Below are positions 28,059 to 37,083 of a stretch of 64,000 nt of DNA, piece after piece. This DNA comes from an uncultured Solirubrobacteraceae bacterium (GTDB taxonomy: Bacteria > Actinomycetota > Thermoleophilia > Solirubrobacterales > Solirubrobacteraceae), in NCBI GenBank assembly GCA_964588985.1, contig CAZPQW010000006.1, positions 102,184-166,183 on the forward strand, written 5' to 3'. The notes beneath the pieces are model-generated. The model searched no databases. It saw nothing but the letters and a program-made list of their open reading frames with translations, and was not told where the DNA came from. Positions within the stretch are counted from its first letter, which is position 1, and the number at the start of each line of letters is the position of its first letter. The translations under genes and the position numbers were made by a program.

Positions 28059-28420
28059 GCTTCGTGGCGCTGTGGGCGGGGGTGGGCGTGCTCGGCGGCC
28101 TCGGCTCCCTGGCACGGTTCCTCGTCGACGGACTCGTGTCCGCGCAGACCGGCGGGCGGCTCCCGCTGGGGACGCTGCTCGTCAACCTGAGCGGAAGCGT
28201 GGTGCTCGGTGTTCTCGCAGGGGTGGCGCTCAAAGGCGACGCGTACCTGCTGGCAGGCACCGCGGTGATCGGTTCCTACACGACCTTCTCCACGTGGATG
28301 TTCGAGTCAGAGCGCCTGGCCGAGGACGGTCTCGCGTGGATGTTCGTGGCGAACGTCGTGTTGAGCACCGTGCTCGGGATGGGAGCGGTTGCGCTGGGGC
28401 GGCTGATCGGGGGTGGGTGA
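28055..28420 (+). CDS. crcB: fluoride efflux channel FluC/CrcB, second subunit
   Basis: GGLGSLARF, PLGTLLVNLSG, GSYTTFSTW. Confidence 0.92.
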   Translation: MSFVALWAGVGVLGGLGSLARFLVDGLVSAQTGGRLPLGTLLVNLSGSVVLGVLAGVALKGDAYLLAGTAVIGSYTTFSTWMFESERLAEDGLAWMFVANVVLSTVLGMGAVALGRLIGGG

Positions 28421-28467
28421 GCGGCCATCGGTGGATGCAATCCGGAGCAGCCGCGATACTGAGCTAC

Positions 28468-29139
28468 ATGGAACCCCGAGGGGCATACGCCGCGGAGCGC
28501 GCTGCCGCGCTGTCCGGCGTGCCCAAGTCAACGGTTCACTACTGGGCCAGGGAGGGCATTCTCGTGCCGAGTGTGTCTCCTGAGCGTGTGAAGCTCTGGT
28601 CCTACGGGGATCTGATGTCGCTTCGTACCATCTACTGGCTGCGGCAGACCAAGCAGGACCAGAGTGGTCGAGAGGTACCGAGGACTGCAATGAAGGCCGT
28701 TCGGCGTGCGCTGCGGGAGATAGCGGCGCTCGAGCTCGACGTCTGGAGTGAGGACGGTGCTCCTCATGTTGCCGTCGACAGGTCGGGTGGAATCGTGATC
28801 GAACACGGCGATGGAGCGCAACGGCCAGGGGGGCAGAGCATCCTCGATGCCGACATGCTGGATCTGCTTGCTCCGTTCGCGTCACGCGAGGGTCTGAAGG
28901 GGCCAGATTTGAGCATCCCGCGCCCGCTGCTGCGGATCGTGCCAGGAAAGCTGGGAGGCTCACCTCATGTAGCTCACACGCGCCTCGAGTCGCAGGCGCT
29001 CGGTGCGCTTGCCGAAAGCGGGCTTGCTCAGGAGAAGATCTACAGGCTGTATCCCGATGTCGAGCCGGCGGCGATAGAGGATGCCCTGGACCTCGAGCGA
29101 CAGCTTGCGCAGAACCTCCATCCTGCCCTCGCAGCATGA
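28468..29139 (+). CDS. antitoxin, MerR-like HTH plus DUF433 (VapB45-like)
   Basis: AAALSGVPKSTVHYW HTH; C-terminal PGKLGGSPHVAHTRL...LYPDV..AAIEDAL. Confidence 0.8.
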   Translation: MEPRGAYAAERAAALSGVPKSTVHYWAREGILVPSVSPERVKLWSYGDLMSLRTIYWLRQTKQDQSGREVPRTAMKAVRRALREIAALELDVWSEDGAPHVAVDRSGGIVIEHGDGAQRPGGQSILDADMLDLLAPFASREGLKGPDLSIPRPLLRIVPGKLGGSPHVAHTRLESQALGALAESGLAQEKIYRLYPDVEPAAIEDALDLERQLAQNLHPALAA

Positions 29140-29151
29140 GCGAGCGCGTCC

Positions 29152-29655
29152 ATGCCGCGCCTCTTCGCTCTCGATAAGAACTTCCCACAGCCAATCGTCG
29201 GGGTCCTGTCCGACTTCCAGGCTGACGCGCAGCTCGTTCCAGTCGATCAGATCGACCAGCGCATGTCGACTCTGGATGACTATGAGCTGCTGCTCGCGCT
29301 CAGTCACCACGTCGAGCCCTGGGATGGCCTGATCACGACCGACAGCAGCATGCTCGCGCAAGGGCCCGAGCTCGCTGCGCTCATCCAGACCCGGCTAACC
29401 CTTGTCGTGGCGGTGGCATCCGGGCACAACCCGGTCAAGGCGTCCGGGCTGCTCTTCGCCTACCTGGCGGGTATCTGCCAGCGAACCACGCCGGATCGGG
29501 CGCAGGTGTGGCGGCTCAACGCTGCTAATCGTCCGCCCGAGGAGCCATGGGATTTCCTCAAGCGCTTCGCTGAACACAACGACCGTCAGGTCGACGACGT
29601 TTGGGCCGAGTTCAAGCTTTCGGCCATCGAATTGGAAAGTAACCCTCTGGGCTAG
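29152..29655 (+). CDS. PIN-like domain toxin (VapC45/DUF5615-like)
   Basis: FALDKNFP, LDDYELL, LITTD, ELAAL; follows a DUF433 gene. Confidence 0.7.
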   Translation: MPRLFALDKNFPQPIVGVLSDFQADAQLVPVDQIDQRMSTLDDYELLLALSHHVEPWDGLITTDSSMLAQGPELAALIQTRLTLVVAVASGHNPVKASGLLFAYLAGICQRTTPDRAQVWRLNAANRPPEEPWDFLKRFAEHNDRQVDDVWAEFKLSAIELESNPLG

Positions 29656-30173
29656 CTTCGTTCTGTGCTCGCCGACGGCTCCTCGTGTTCCCGCCTCAGC
29701 CGCCAGACGAGATAGGCGACGATGGCGGCGTTCGCGAGCAGGGCGCCGACCTTCAGCGGCGTGGCGCTTTTCGTGAGCTCCCAGATCTCGGGGATGAAGA
29801 GCAGCGAGGTCGCGACGACCGTGAGCCACTCTCCCCAGCGCTTGCGCTTCCACAGGCCGTAGGCCTCGGCGCTCTCCAGGACGGAGTAGGCGAGCGCCGC
29901 GACGCCGAAGATCACGTCCTGGTTGGCGGGGATCTTGCTGATCTTCTCGATGATGCCCTTCAGCACGCTGCCTTTGGGGTCGAGCCCCAGCCGTTCGGCC
30001 CAGCGTGAGATGTCGCTCGCCCAATGTGCGTGTGGGTGGGTGACGAGCGCGATCCCCACCGCGAACAGCACGACGCCGCGAAAGGCGCGCTCGACCGCGA
30101 TCAGCGGCAGCAGGCGATCCTGTAGAGAGCGGTCGGTGCTTGCCTCTATTTGCGCGTGCGGGGTATCGGTCAT
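29652..30173 (-). CDS. DUF2127-like membrane protein
   Basis: LIAVERAFRG, EAYGLW..KRWGEWLTVVATSLL.IPEIWEL. Confidence 0.8.
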   Translation of the reverse strand: MTDTPHAQIEASTDRSLQDRLLPLIAVERAFRGVVLFAVGIALVTHPHAHWASDISRWAERLGLDPKGSVLKGIIEKISKIPANQDVIFGVAALAYSVLESAEAYGLWKRKRWGEWLTVVATSLLFIPEIWELTKSATPLKVGALLANAAIVAYLVWRLRREHEEPSASTERS

Positions 30174-30206
30174 CGAGGAAGTATGGATGGCCGCGAGGCG
30201 CTGCCG

Positions 30207-30623
30207 CTAGATCTCGAGTAGCAGTGTGACAGGGCCGTCGTTGACGAGCTCGACCGCCATGTGCGCGCCGAACACGCCGCGCTGTGCGTCGAGCAGCTCG
30301 CAGAAGCGCTCGTACAGCGGCTCGGCCTGCTCGGGGCGCGCGGCCGCCATGTAGCTGGGGCGGTTGCCGCGGCGTGAGTCGCCGTAGAGCGTGAACTGGC
30401 TCACGCACAGCACCTCGCGCTCGCCCAGCGGCTCGTTCATGTTGCCATCCTCATCGGAGAAGATGCGCAGCGCGCGGACCTTGGCGGCGAGCCGCTCCGC
30501 GACTGAGGCGTCGTCGTCGTGGGTAACGCCCAGTAGTACGAGCAGCCCCGGGCCGATCTCGCCCACCACGCGACCGTCCACGCGCACCGAGGCTCGGCTG
30601 ACCCTCTGCACGTGTGCGCGCAT
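30207..30623 (-). CDS. dtd: D-aminoacyl-tRNA deacylase
   Basis: QRVSRASV, SQFTL, GNRPSY, FGAHM, NDGPVT. Confidence 0.96.
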   Translation of the reverse strand: MRAHVQRVSRASVRVDGRVVGEIGPGLLVLLGVTHDDDASVAERLAAKVRALRIFSDEDGNMNEPLGEREVLCVSQFTLYGDSRRGNRPSYMAAARPEQAEPLYERFCELLDAQRGVFGAHMAVELVNDGPVTLLLEI

Positions 30624-30640
30624 CCGTCCGGGAGTATGTC

Positions 30641-30664
30641 ATAGTTAAGTAGATGCTTAAGCAT
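30641..30664. promoter_or_regulatory. imperfect palindromic autoregulatory operator overlapping the ArsR start codon
   Basis: ATAGTTAAG-TAGATG-CTTAAGCAT (TTAAG-N6-CTTAA). Confidence 0.7.
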
Positions 30665-31054
30665 TTCGAGCCGGCGGCACAGAATGTGGATCTGCTCTTC
30701 GCGGCGCTCGCGGACCCGAGCCGGCGGGCGATGGTCGACCGCCTGATCGACGGTCCGGCGTCCGTGAGCGAGCTCGCGCGCCCGCTCGAGATGTCGCTGC
30801 CGGCGGTCGTCCAGCACCTGCACGTGCTCGAGGGGAGCGGCCTCGTGCGCTCGGAGAAGCTCGGACGGGTTCGCACATGCGCCATCGAGCCCGCGGCGCT
30901 GCGAGCGGCGGAGCGGTGGGTGGCCGAGCGACGCACCGCGTGGGAGCGCAACCTCGACCGCCTCGGCGAGTACCTCGCAGCGAGCACCGATGAGTCCGCC
31001 GCCGCGGGCAAGTCGAACACTGTGGAACCGACACGACAAAGGAGCAGACCGTGA
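30653..31054 (+). CDS. ArsR/SmtB family transcriptional regulator
   Basis: FAALADPSRR, VSELA, VVQHLHVLE.SGLV.SEKLGRVR. Confidence 0.92.
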   Translation: MLKHFEPAAQNVDLLFAALADPSRRAMVDRLIDGPASVSELARPLEMSLPAVVQHLHVLEGSGLVRSEKLGRVRTCAIEPAALRAAERWVAERRTAWERNLDRLGEYLAASTDESAAAGKSNTVEPTRQRSRP

Positions 31055-31524
31055 CCCAGACGATCGAACAGCGCTCGGCCGAACATACGACGTTTGTGAT
31101 CGAGCGGACATACGACGCCCCGCCCGAGCGCGTGTTCGGCGTGTGGGCCGATCCCGCCGCGAAGACGCAGTGGTTCGGGCCGCCGAACAAGCCGCAGGGC
31201 GCGTACTCGCTGGACTTCCGCGAAGGCGGCTCCGAGCATCTGGCGATCCCGACGGACGACGGCCCCGAATACAGCTTCGACGCGGTCTATCAGGACATCG
31301 TGCCCGGCCGGCGGATCGTCTACACCTATGACATGCACCGTGACGAGCAGCGCATCTCCGTGTCGGTCGCGACCGTGGAGATCGAGCCGAGCGGCACGGG
31401 CACGCGCCTGACGGTCACCGAGCAGGGCGTGTACCTCGACGGCCTCGACACCTCCGCCGCGCGCGAGCACGGCACGAACGTGCTGATGGACATGCTCGGC
31501 GCGCTCGTGGAGGGTGGTGTATGA
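31051..31524 (+). CDS. SRPBCC (AHSA1-like) domain protein
   Basis: IERTYDAPPERVF..WADP, LDFREGG, PGRRIVYTY, GTRLTVTE. Confidence 0.9.
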   Translation: MTQTIEQRSAEHTTFVIERTYDAPPERVFGVWADPAAKTQWFGPPNKPQGAYSLDFREGGSEHLAIPTDDGPEYSFDAVYQDIVPGRRIVYTYDMHRDEQRISVSVATVEIEPSGTGTRLTVTEQGVYLDGLDTSAAREHGTNVLMDMLGALVEGGV

Positions 31525-33011
31525 GCGCGACGACCGACGAGCGCCCGCACGTCTCCCACGACGCTCCGCGCGACACCCGCTGGATCGCGCTGTACGTGCT
31601 GTGCGTGGGGATGCTGATGATCGTGCTCGACGTGACGGTTGTGAACGTCGCGCTGCCCTCGATCCAGGACGACCTGCACTTCTCCACGTCGAGCCTCGCG
31701 TGGGTGGTGAACGCCTACCTGATCTCCTTCGGCGGACTGCTGCTGCTGGCGGGGCGCTTCGGCGACCTGATCGGTCGCAGGAGCATCTTCCTGGCGGGGG
31801 TGGGCGTGTTCACCGCCGCGTCGCTGCTGTGCGGCCTCGCGCAGAGCCAGACGATGCTGGTGGTGGCGCGCTTCGTTCAGGGCGTCGGCGGCGCGATGAC
31901 ATCGGCGGTGATCCTGGGGATGATCGTGACGATGTTCCCGCAGCCTCGCGAGCAGGCGAAGGCGATCGGCGTGTACGCGTTCGTGGCCTCCGCGGGCGGC
32001 TCGGTGGGCCTGCTCGCGGGCGGCGTGATCACACAGTCGATCGACTGGCACTGGATCTTCTTCGTGAACATCCCGATCGGGGTCGCGACCGCGGTGTTCG
32101 CGACGCGCCTGCTCGATCGCGACGCGGGCGTCGGCTTCGAGGGAGGCGCGGACATCCCGGGGGCGGTCCTGATCACCTCGGCGCTGATGCTGAGCACCTA
32201 CACGATCGTGAAGCCCGCGGCCGACTATGGCTGGGGTGCAGGGCGCACGCTGGCGTTTGGGGGTGTGTCGCTCGTCCTGCTGCTCGCTTTCCTGGCGCGC
32301 GAGGCGACCGCCGCGAACCCGCTCGTGCCGCTGCGGATCTTCCGCTCGCGCAACGTCGCCACCGCGAACATCATCCAGGTGCTGTCGGTGGCGGGGATGT
32401 TCGGGATGTTCTTCCTCGGCGCGCTCTACCTGCGACGCGTGCTCGGCTACGACGCGCTGCAGATCGGCCTTGCGTTCCTGCCGGTGTCGGTGACGATGGG
32501 GCTGCTCTCGATCCGCTACTCCGAGCGGCTGCTCACGCGGTTCGGTGCGCACGGCACGCTCGCGCCCGGACTGACGCTGATCACGATCGCGCTCGTGCTG
32601 TTCGCGCGGGTGCCCGTGCACGGCGGCTACGTCGCGCACGTGCTGCCCTCGATGCTGCTGCTCGGCATCGGCGCCGGTGTGTGCTTCCCGGCGCTGATGA
32701 ACGTGGCGATGTCCGGCACCGAGCCCCACGAAGCGGGTCTCGCGTCAGGTCTGGTGAACACCACCGCGCAGGTCGGCGGCGCGCTCGGGCTGGCGGTGCT
32801 CGCGACGCTGTCGACGTCGCGCAGCCAGCACCTGCTCGCGGACGGGCACTCGAACGCGGCGGCGCTGACGAGCGGGTATCACCTCGCGTTCTGGATCGCC
32901 GCGGGTCTGACCGCGGCGGCCGTGGCGGTGGTGCCGGCCGTGCTGCGCCTGAACACGATGACTCCGCATGCCCAGGATGAGGATCCGGCCCTCGACATCC
33001 GGGCGGCTTGA
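31521..33011 (+). CDS. DHA2 family MFS transporter
   Basis: LDVTVVNVALP, WVVNAY, GRFGDLIGRR, WIFFVNIPIG; about 14 TM. Confidence 0.92.
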   Translation: MSATTDERPHVSHDAPRDTRWIALYVLCVGMLMIVLDVTVVNVALPSIQDDLHFSTSSLAWVVNAYLISFGGLLLLAGRFGDLIGRRSIFLAGVGVFTAASLLCGLAQSQTMLVVARFVQGVGGAMTSAVILGMIVTMFPQPREQAKAIGVYAFVASAGGSVGLLAGGVITQSIDWHWIFFVNIPIGVATAVFATRLLDRDAGVGFEGGADIPGAVLITSALMLSTYTIVKPAADYGWGAGRTLAFGGVSLVLLLAFLAREATAANPLVPLRIFRSRNVATANIIQVLSVAGMFGMFFLGALYLRRVLGYDALQIGLAFLPVSVTMGLLSIRYSERLLTRFGAHGTLAPGLTLITIALVLFARVPVHGGYVAHVLPSMLLLGIGAGVCFPALMNVAMSGTEPHEAGLASGLVNTTAQVGGALGLAVLATLSTSRSQHLLADGHSNAAALTSGYHLAFWIAAGLTAAAVAVVPAVLRLNTMTPHAQDEDPALDIRAA

Positions 33012-33070
33012 CAATTCGGATCGCTATTTGAAAGGTGTGTCACCTCACCGTCTGGATCTGGCTATCCAGC

Positions 33071-33098
33071 TAAGGATTCGGGGCAACATTGCCGAAAA
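33071..33098 (+). promoter_or_regulatory. sigma-28 (WhiG/FliA)-type promoter
   Basis: TAAG-N16-GCCGAAAA; ATG follows after a 6-nt gap. Confidence 0.75.
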
Positions 33099-33104
33099 GG
33101 ACGG

Positions 33105-35108
33105 ATGCGCCTACGCCGTGAAGGTGGGAGCCCGAGTAGGCGCCTGAGCCTGACGCGTCAGGTCGCTCTGCTGAGCCTGCTCCCGATCGTGGCGCTGGGG
33201 TTCGTGCTCGCGCATGTGCTCCAGACGCAGATCGTCACCCGCAGCCTCGACGATGCGACCACGTCGGCGGGGATCGTCGCGCATATCGGCATCCAGCCCC
33301 GGCTCACGCCGAGGGACCTGCGTAACGGACTCACGCCGGCCGGCGTGCGTGCCCTTGACGAGCAGCTGAGCGCGCGCTCGGTCACGCGCGACCTGGCGCG
33401 CATCAAGATCTGGAACGCGCGGCACACGGTCGTGTACTCCGACGATCACAGCCTGATCGGGCGCACGCTCACGCCGAGCGAAGACCTGCTGAACGCGCTC
33501 GCCGGAAGGCCCAACGACGCCGAGGTCGTCACCCCCAGCGCGACCAACGAGACCGCCAGCGAGGTCGGCCTGGGCCAGCTCGTCGAGGTGTACGTGCCGC
33601 TGCGCTTCTCCGCCAAGGGCCCGCCGGCGGGCGTGTTCGAGATCTACCTGGGGTACGGCCCGATCGCGGCGGCGGTCGCGGGCGAGAAGCGCATGATCGC
33701 GCTGCTGGTGGCGATCGGCCTGGGCCTGCTGTGGGCGATCCTCTACCGGATCGTCGCGCGCGCCTCCAGGCGCCTTCGGCACCAGGCGCGCGAGAACTAC
33801 CACCTTGCCCGCTACGACCAGCTCACCGGCCTGCCGAACCGCATGCGCTTCATCGAGGGCGTCGGCCGGGCGGTGCGCGAAGAAGGCTCAGCGTCGGGGG
33901 CTGTGGCGGCGCTGCTGATCGACCTGGACCGCTTCACGGAGATCAACAACACGCTCGGGAGCGCCAACGGCGACCGCGTGCTGTGCGAGGTCGCCGAGCG
34001 GCTCCAGCGAGATCTCGGCGCCGAGACTCTCGTGGCAAGGCTGTCCGGCGACGGCTACGCGATCCTGCTCTCGCACACGCACGATCTGCTGGAGGCGCTC
34101 GGCCAGGCACGCGCGGTCCGTTCGAGCCTCGAGGCGCCGATCGTGCTCGACGGCGTCGCGGTCAACATCGAGGCGAGCATCGGGATCGCGGCGATGGGCG
34201 AGCACGCGGGGGATCCCGACACGCTGCTGCGTCACGCCGACGCCGCGCTCGCGCACGCGAAGGCGCACGGCAGCGGTGTGGAGGTGTACTCGCCCCAGTG
34301 CGATCACTTCGACGCGAGCCGCCTCGCGCTGCTGGGCGAGGTCCGCGGAGCGCTCGAGCGCGGCGAGTTCGTCCTGCACTACCAGCCCAAGATCGACATG
34401 CGCACGCGGCGCATCACCGGCGTGGAGGCGCTCGTGCGCTGGAACCACCCTCGGCAGGGGATGCTGCCACCGCCGAGCTTCATCCCGCTGATCGAGCAGA
34501 CCGCGCTCGTCGGCCCGCTCACGCTGCACGTGATCGACCGGGCGCTGGCGCAGCTCGTCGCGTGGCGCGAACAGGGCCTGTGCCTGGAGATGGCGGTGAA
34601 CCTGTCCGCGCGCAACCTGCTCGACCCGGAGCTGCCCGGCCAGGTCGCCGGGCTGCTGGCTCGTCACGAGATCCCCGCCGCGCAGCTGACGGTGGAGGTC
34701 ACCGAGAGTGCGGCGATGCTCGACCAGGAGCGCGCGGTGGCGGTGCTCGAGGCGCTTCGCAAGTCCGGGGTGGGCGTGTCGATCGACGACTTCGGCACCG
34801 GCAACGCGTCGATCGAGTACCTCGCGACGCTGCCCGCGACCGAGCTGAAGATCGACCGCTCGTTCGTCACCGGAATGCTCGAGAGCTCGCGCACCGAGGC
34901 GATCGTGCGCTCGACGATCGACCTCGCGGGCAACCTCGACCTGCGGGTGGTGGCGGAGGGGATCGAGACCGAGGCGGTGCTCGAGCGTCTCGCGGGGCTC
35001 GGCTGCGACACCGGACAGGGATACTTCATCTCGCGTCCACAACCCGCCGAGGAGCTGACCGCCCAGCTCGCCGAGTCGCTCGCCGCGGGCGCGGCTCAGG
35101 CGGCGTAG
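33105..35108 (+). CDS. membrane-bound GGDEF(degenerate)-EAL protein
   Basis: 2 TM with an extracytoplasmic loop; DQLTGLPNR, SGDGY in place of GGDEF; HYQPK, EALVRW, IDDFGTG, AEGIE. Confidence 0.92.
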   Translation: MRLRREGGSPSRRLSLTRQVALLSLLPIVALGFVLAHVLQTQIVTRSLDDATTSAGIVAHIGIQPRLTPRDLRNGLTPAGVRALDEQLSARSVTRDLARIKIWNARHTVVYSDDHSLIGRTLTPSEDLLNALAGRPNDAEVVTPSATNETASEVGLGQLVEVYVPLRFSAKGPPAGVFEIYLGYGPIAAAVAGEKRMIALLVAIGLGLLWAILYRIVARASRRLRHQARENYHLARYDQLTGLPNRMRFIEGVGRAVREEGSASGAVAALLIDLDRFTEINNTLGSANGDRVLCEVAERLQRDLGAETLVARLSGDGYAILLSHTHDLLEALGQARAVRSSLEAPIVLDGVAVNIEASIGIAAMGEHAGDPDTLLRHADAALAHAKAHGSGVEVYSPQCDHFDASRLALLGEVRGALERGEFVLHYQPKIDMRTRRITGVEALVRWNHPRQGMLPPPSFIPLIEQTALVGPLTLHVIDRALAQLVAWREQGLCLEMAVNLSARNLLDPELPGQVAGLLARHEIPAAQLTVEVTESAAMLDQERAVAVLEALRKSGVGVSIDDFGTGNASIEYLATLPATELKIDRSFVTGMLESSRTEAIVRSTIDLAGNLDLRVVAEGIETEAVLERLAGLGCDTGQGYFISRPQPAEELTAQLAESLAAGAAQAA

Positions 35109-36058
35109 GCGGAGATCTCGCCGAGCGTCGCGGTGGGCGGCGGTTGGATGACGTGGTGGGTGCCGTCGTCGAGCACGATCACCCCGCCGTGGGGAAGCGA
35201 GGCGTGCGCCCGCCGGGGGCCGCTGAGCAGCGCCGCCTTGGCGTGGATCTCCGCCATCAGCGCGCTTGGCGCCAGCGCAGTCGCCTGAACGATGCCGGTG
35301 TAGGCGGGCGTGCCGGTGGAGGGGTCGAGCAGATGGTGCGCGGGCGTGCCGCGCACGCTCAGCCAGCTGCGCCTGCCGATCCCGCTGGTGGCGAGCGCGC
35401 CGCGAGCGAGCCCGAACGTGTGCAGCTCGCTCCCGTCGAACGGGCTTTCCACGTGGATCGCTCGTTTGACGCCGTCTGAGCCGCCGATGCGCAGGTCGCC
35501 CGCGCAGTCGATCGCGAAGCTCGCGTGGTTGACGAGCGCCTCGGCGAGCACGTCCGCGAACAGGCCCTTCGCGAGGCCGCCGCTGTCGAGCTTGACTCCC
35601 GGCGGGCGCGACACGGTGCGCGCGGCGGTGTCCACCCGGACCTGATGCCAGCGCGGGCGGGCGGACGCGCCTGCGGGACGGCGGATCGGCGCGAGCTCAA
35701 GCGCGCGCTCGAGTGAAAGCGAATCTTGGAGATCGCGCCGATAGCCGGCGGTCTCGATCGGCTCGAGCAGCGTCGCGTCGACCAGCCCGCCGGTGAGCGA
35801 GCCGGCGATCCTCACGGCCTGCGCGAGGCGTGCCATCAGCGCGCTCACGGGCACTGTTTCGCGCGGGTCCGCGTTCAGAAGCGACAGCTCGCTGTCGGGC
35901 AGGAAGCGCGAGAAGCGCTCGTGCCAGCTGAGCAGCTCGCGCTTGGCGAACAGCGCGGCCTCCCGCGCCGAGCCGAGCGACCCGGATCCGGTGACGAACA
36001 CCGAGCAGGTGGAGCCGAAGCAGTCGAACGTCTCGACCGCCTCGGCGCGCGGGCTCAC
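35096..36058 (-). CDS. apbE: FAD:protein FMN transferase (ApbE family)
   Basis: FSRFLPDSELS.LN, LDSGGLAKG, GDLR, ATSG..RR, HHLLDP.TG.P. Confidence 0.9.
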   Translation of the reverse strand: MSPRAEAVETFDCFGSTCSVFVTGSGSLGSAREAALFAKRELLSWHERFSRFLPDSELSLLNADPRETVPVSALMARLAQAVRIAGSLTGGLVDATLLEPIETAGYRRDLQDSLSLERALELAPIRRPAGASARPRWHQVRVDTAARTVSRPPGVKLDSGGLAKGLFADVLAEALVNHASFAIDCAGDLRIGGSDGVKRAIHVESPFDGSELHTFGLARGALATSGIGRRSWLSVRGTPAHHLLDPSTGTPAYTGIVQATALAPSALMAEIHAKAALLSGPRRAHASLPHGGVIVLDDGTHHVIQPPPTATLGEISAYAA

Positions 36059-36414
36059 GACTGCCTCGTCGTCACGGCGGATGGGCTTTCGGTCGTTTCT
36101 TCGCTGCCGGTGGAGCTCGATTCGCCGGAGGTTTCTTCACTACCCGAGGAGCTCGATTCGCTGGAGGCCGTTTCGCCGCTGGAGGTCGAGCTTTCGGTTT
36201 CGCTCTTCGCGGCTGTCGTGCTGGTAGTGGTCTGCCGTTTGCTCAGCGCGGGGTCGTGACCGGAGGCCAGCTGCACGTAGATGCCCACGAACGCAGCGGT
36301 GAACAGCGCGACCGCGAGTCCCGTGACCGATCGCCTGATGCGCCGGGCGCGCAGGCGCATCGCATCGCGGCGGATCCGCGCGAGCGTCTTGGGGTCGAGC
36401 TGGTCGGAGTTCAT
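36055..36414 (-). CDS. small exported Ser/Thr/Glu-rich protein
   Basis: Arg-rich N-region, hydrophobic helix, low-complexity stalk, C-terminal VTTRQS; overlaps both neighbours by 4 nt. Confidence 0.75.
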   Translation of the reverse strand: MNSDQLDPKTLARIRRDAMRLRARRIRRSVTGLAVALFTAAFVGIYVQLASGHDPALSKRQTTTSTTAAKSETESSTSSGETASSESSSSGSEETSGESSSTGSEETTESPSAVTTRQS

Positions 36415-37067
36415 GTCTGCTCCATTCGGGTCGCCGGTTTGCGTGCGATCGCAGTGTCGGTGGCGCGTGTCGCAGAACGCTTGAGGGAGCCTGAGAGGTT
36501 TGTGAGAGGCGAGGGCGCGCCACCCAGGTGGCGGAGGATCAGCAGGCCGAGGGTGGGGAGGACCACGATCGCGACCATCGCCAGGAACCATGTCTGCCCG
36601 GCGTCGGTTCCCTCGCCGAGCGAGTGCACGATCCCCAGCACCCACGCGAGCGCGGTGAAGCGGTGAAGCTTGCGCCAGCGCTGCACGCCGATGCGGGCTC
36701 GTGCGTAGTAGGAGAGGCCGAGCAGCAGCAGGGCCCAGAAGGCGACGATCCCGGTGCTCGTCCAGAACGTCCTGTAGCCGCTGAGGAACGGCACGGCGAT
36801 GTCGCCGAGGCTCGGGTGCAGGAACCCGTCACCGAGCAGCGTCACACCATGGATCGCGAGCGCGGCGAGCGTCGCGAGCGACAGCGCCTCGTGGGTGACC
36901 CGCATCTCCGCGCGGTGGCTCTTGGCGAAGCGTCCACCCATCGACAGGCCGATGCTCACGGAGATGCTCGACAGGATCAGCGCGGCGATGCCCGCCGCGC
37001 GGCTCGTCAGCCAGAACAGGTGCGGTCCGACGGCGGTGGCGAGTGTGGCTGTGTTCGTGGCGAGCAT
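36411..37067 (-). CDS. ferric reductase-like transmembrane (MsrQ-like) heme b protein
   Basis: WLTSRAAG; four His in TM helices (THE, IHG, LHR, VHS); GTD. Confidence 0.85.
   Translation of the reverse strand: MLATNTATLATAVGPHLFWLTSRAAGIAALILSSISVSIGLSMGGRFAKSHRAEMRVTHEALSLATLAALAIHGVTLLGDGFLHPSLGDIAVPFLSGYRTFWTSTGIVAFWALLLLGLSYYARARIGVQRWRKLHRFTALAWVLGIVHSLGEGTDAGQTWFLAMVAIVVLPTLGLLILRHLGGAPSPLTNLSGSLKRSATRATDTAIARKPATRMEQT
36491..36507 (-). promoter_or_regulatory. OmpR-family direct-repeat box (TCTCAC-N5-TCTCAG)
   Basis: Plus strand CTGAGA-GGTTT-GTGAGA, about 80 nt upstream of the 36414 start. Confidence 0.6.
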
Positions 37068-37083
37068 GTGAGCCTCGTTGCCG

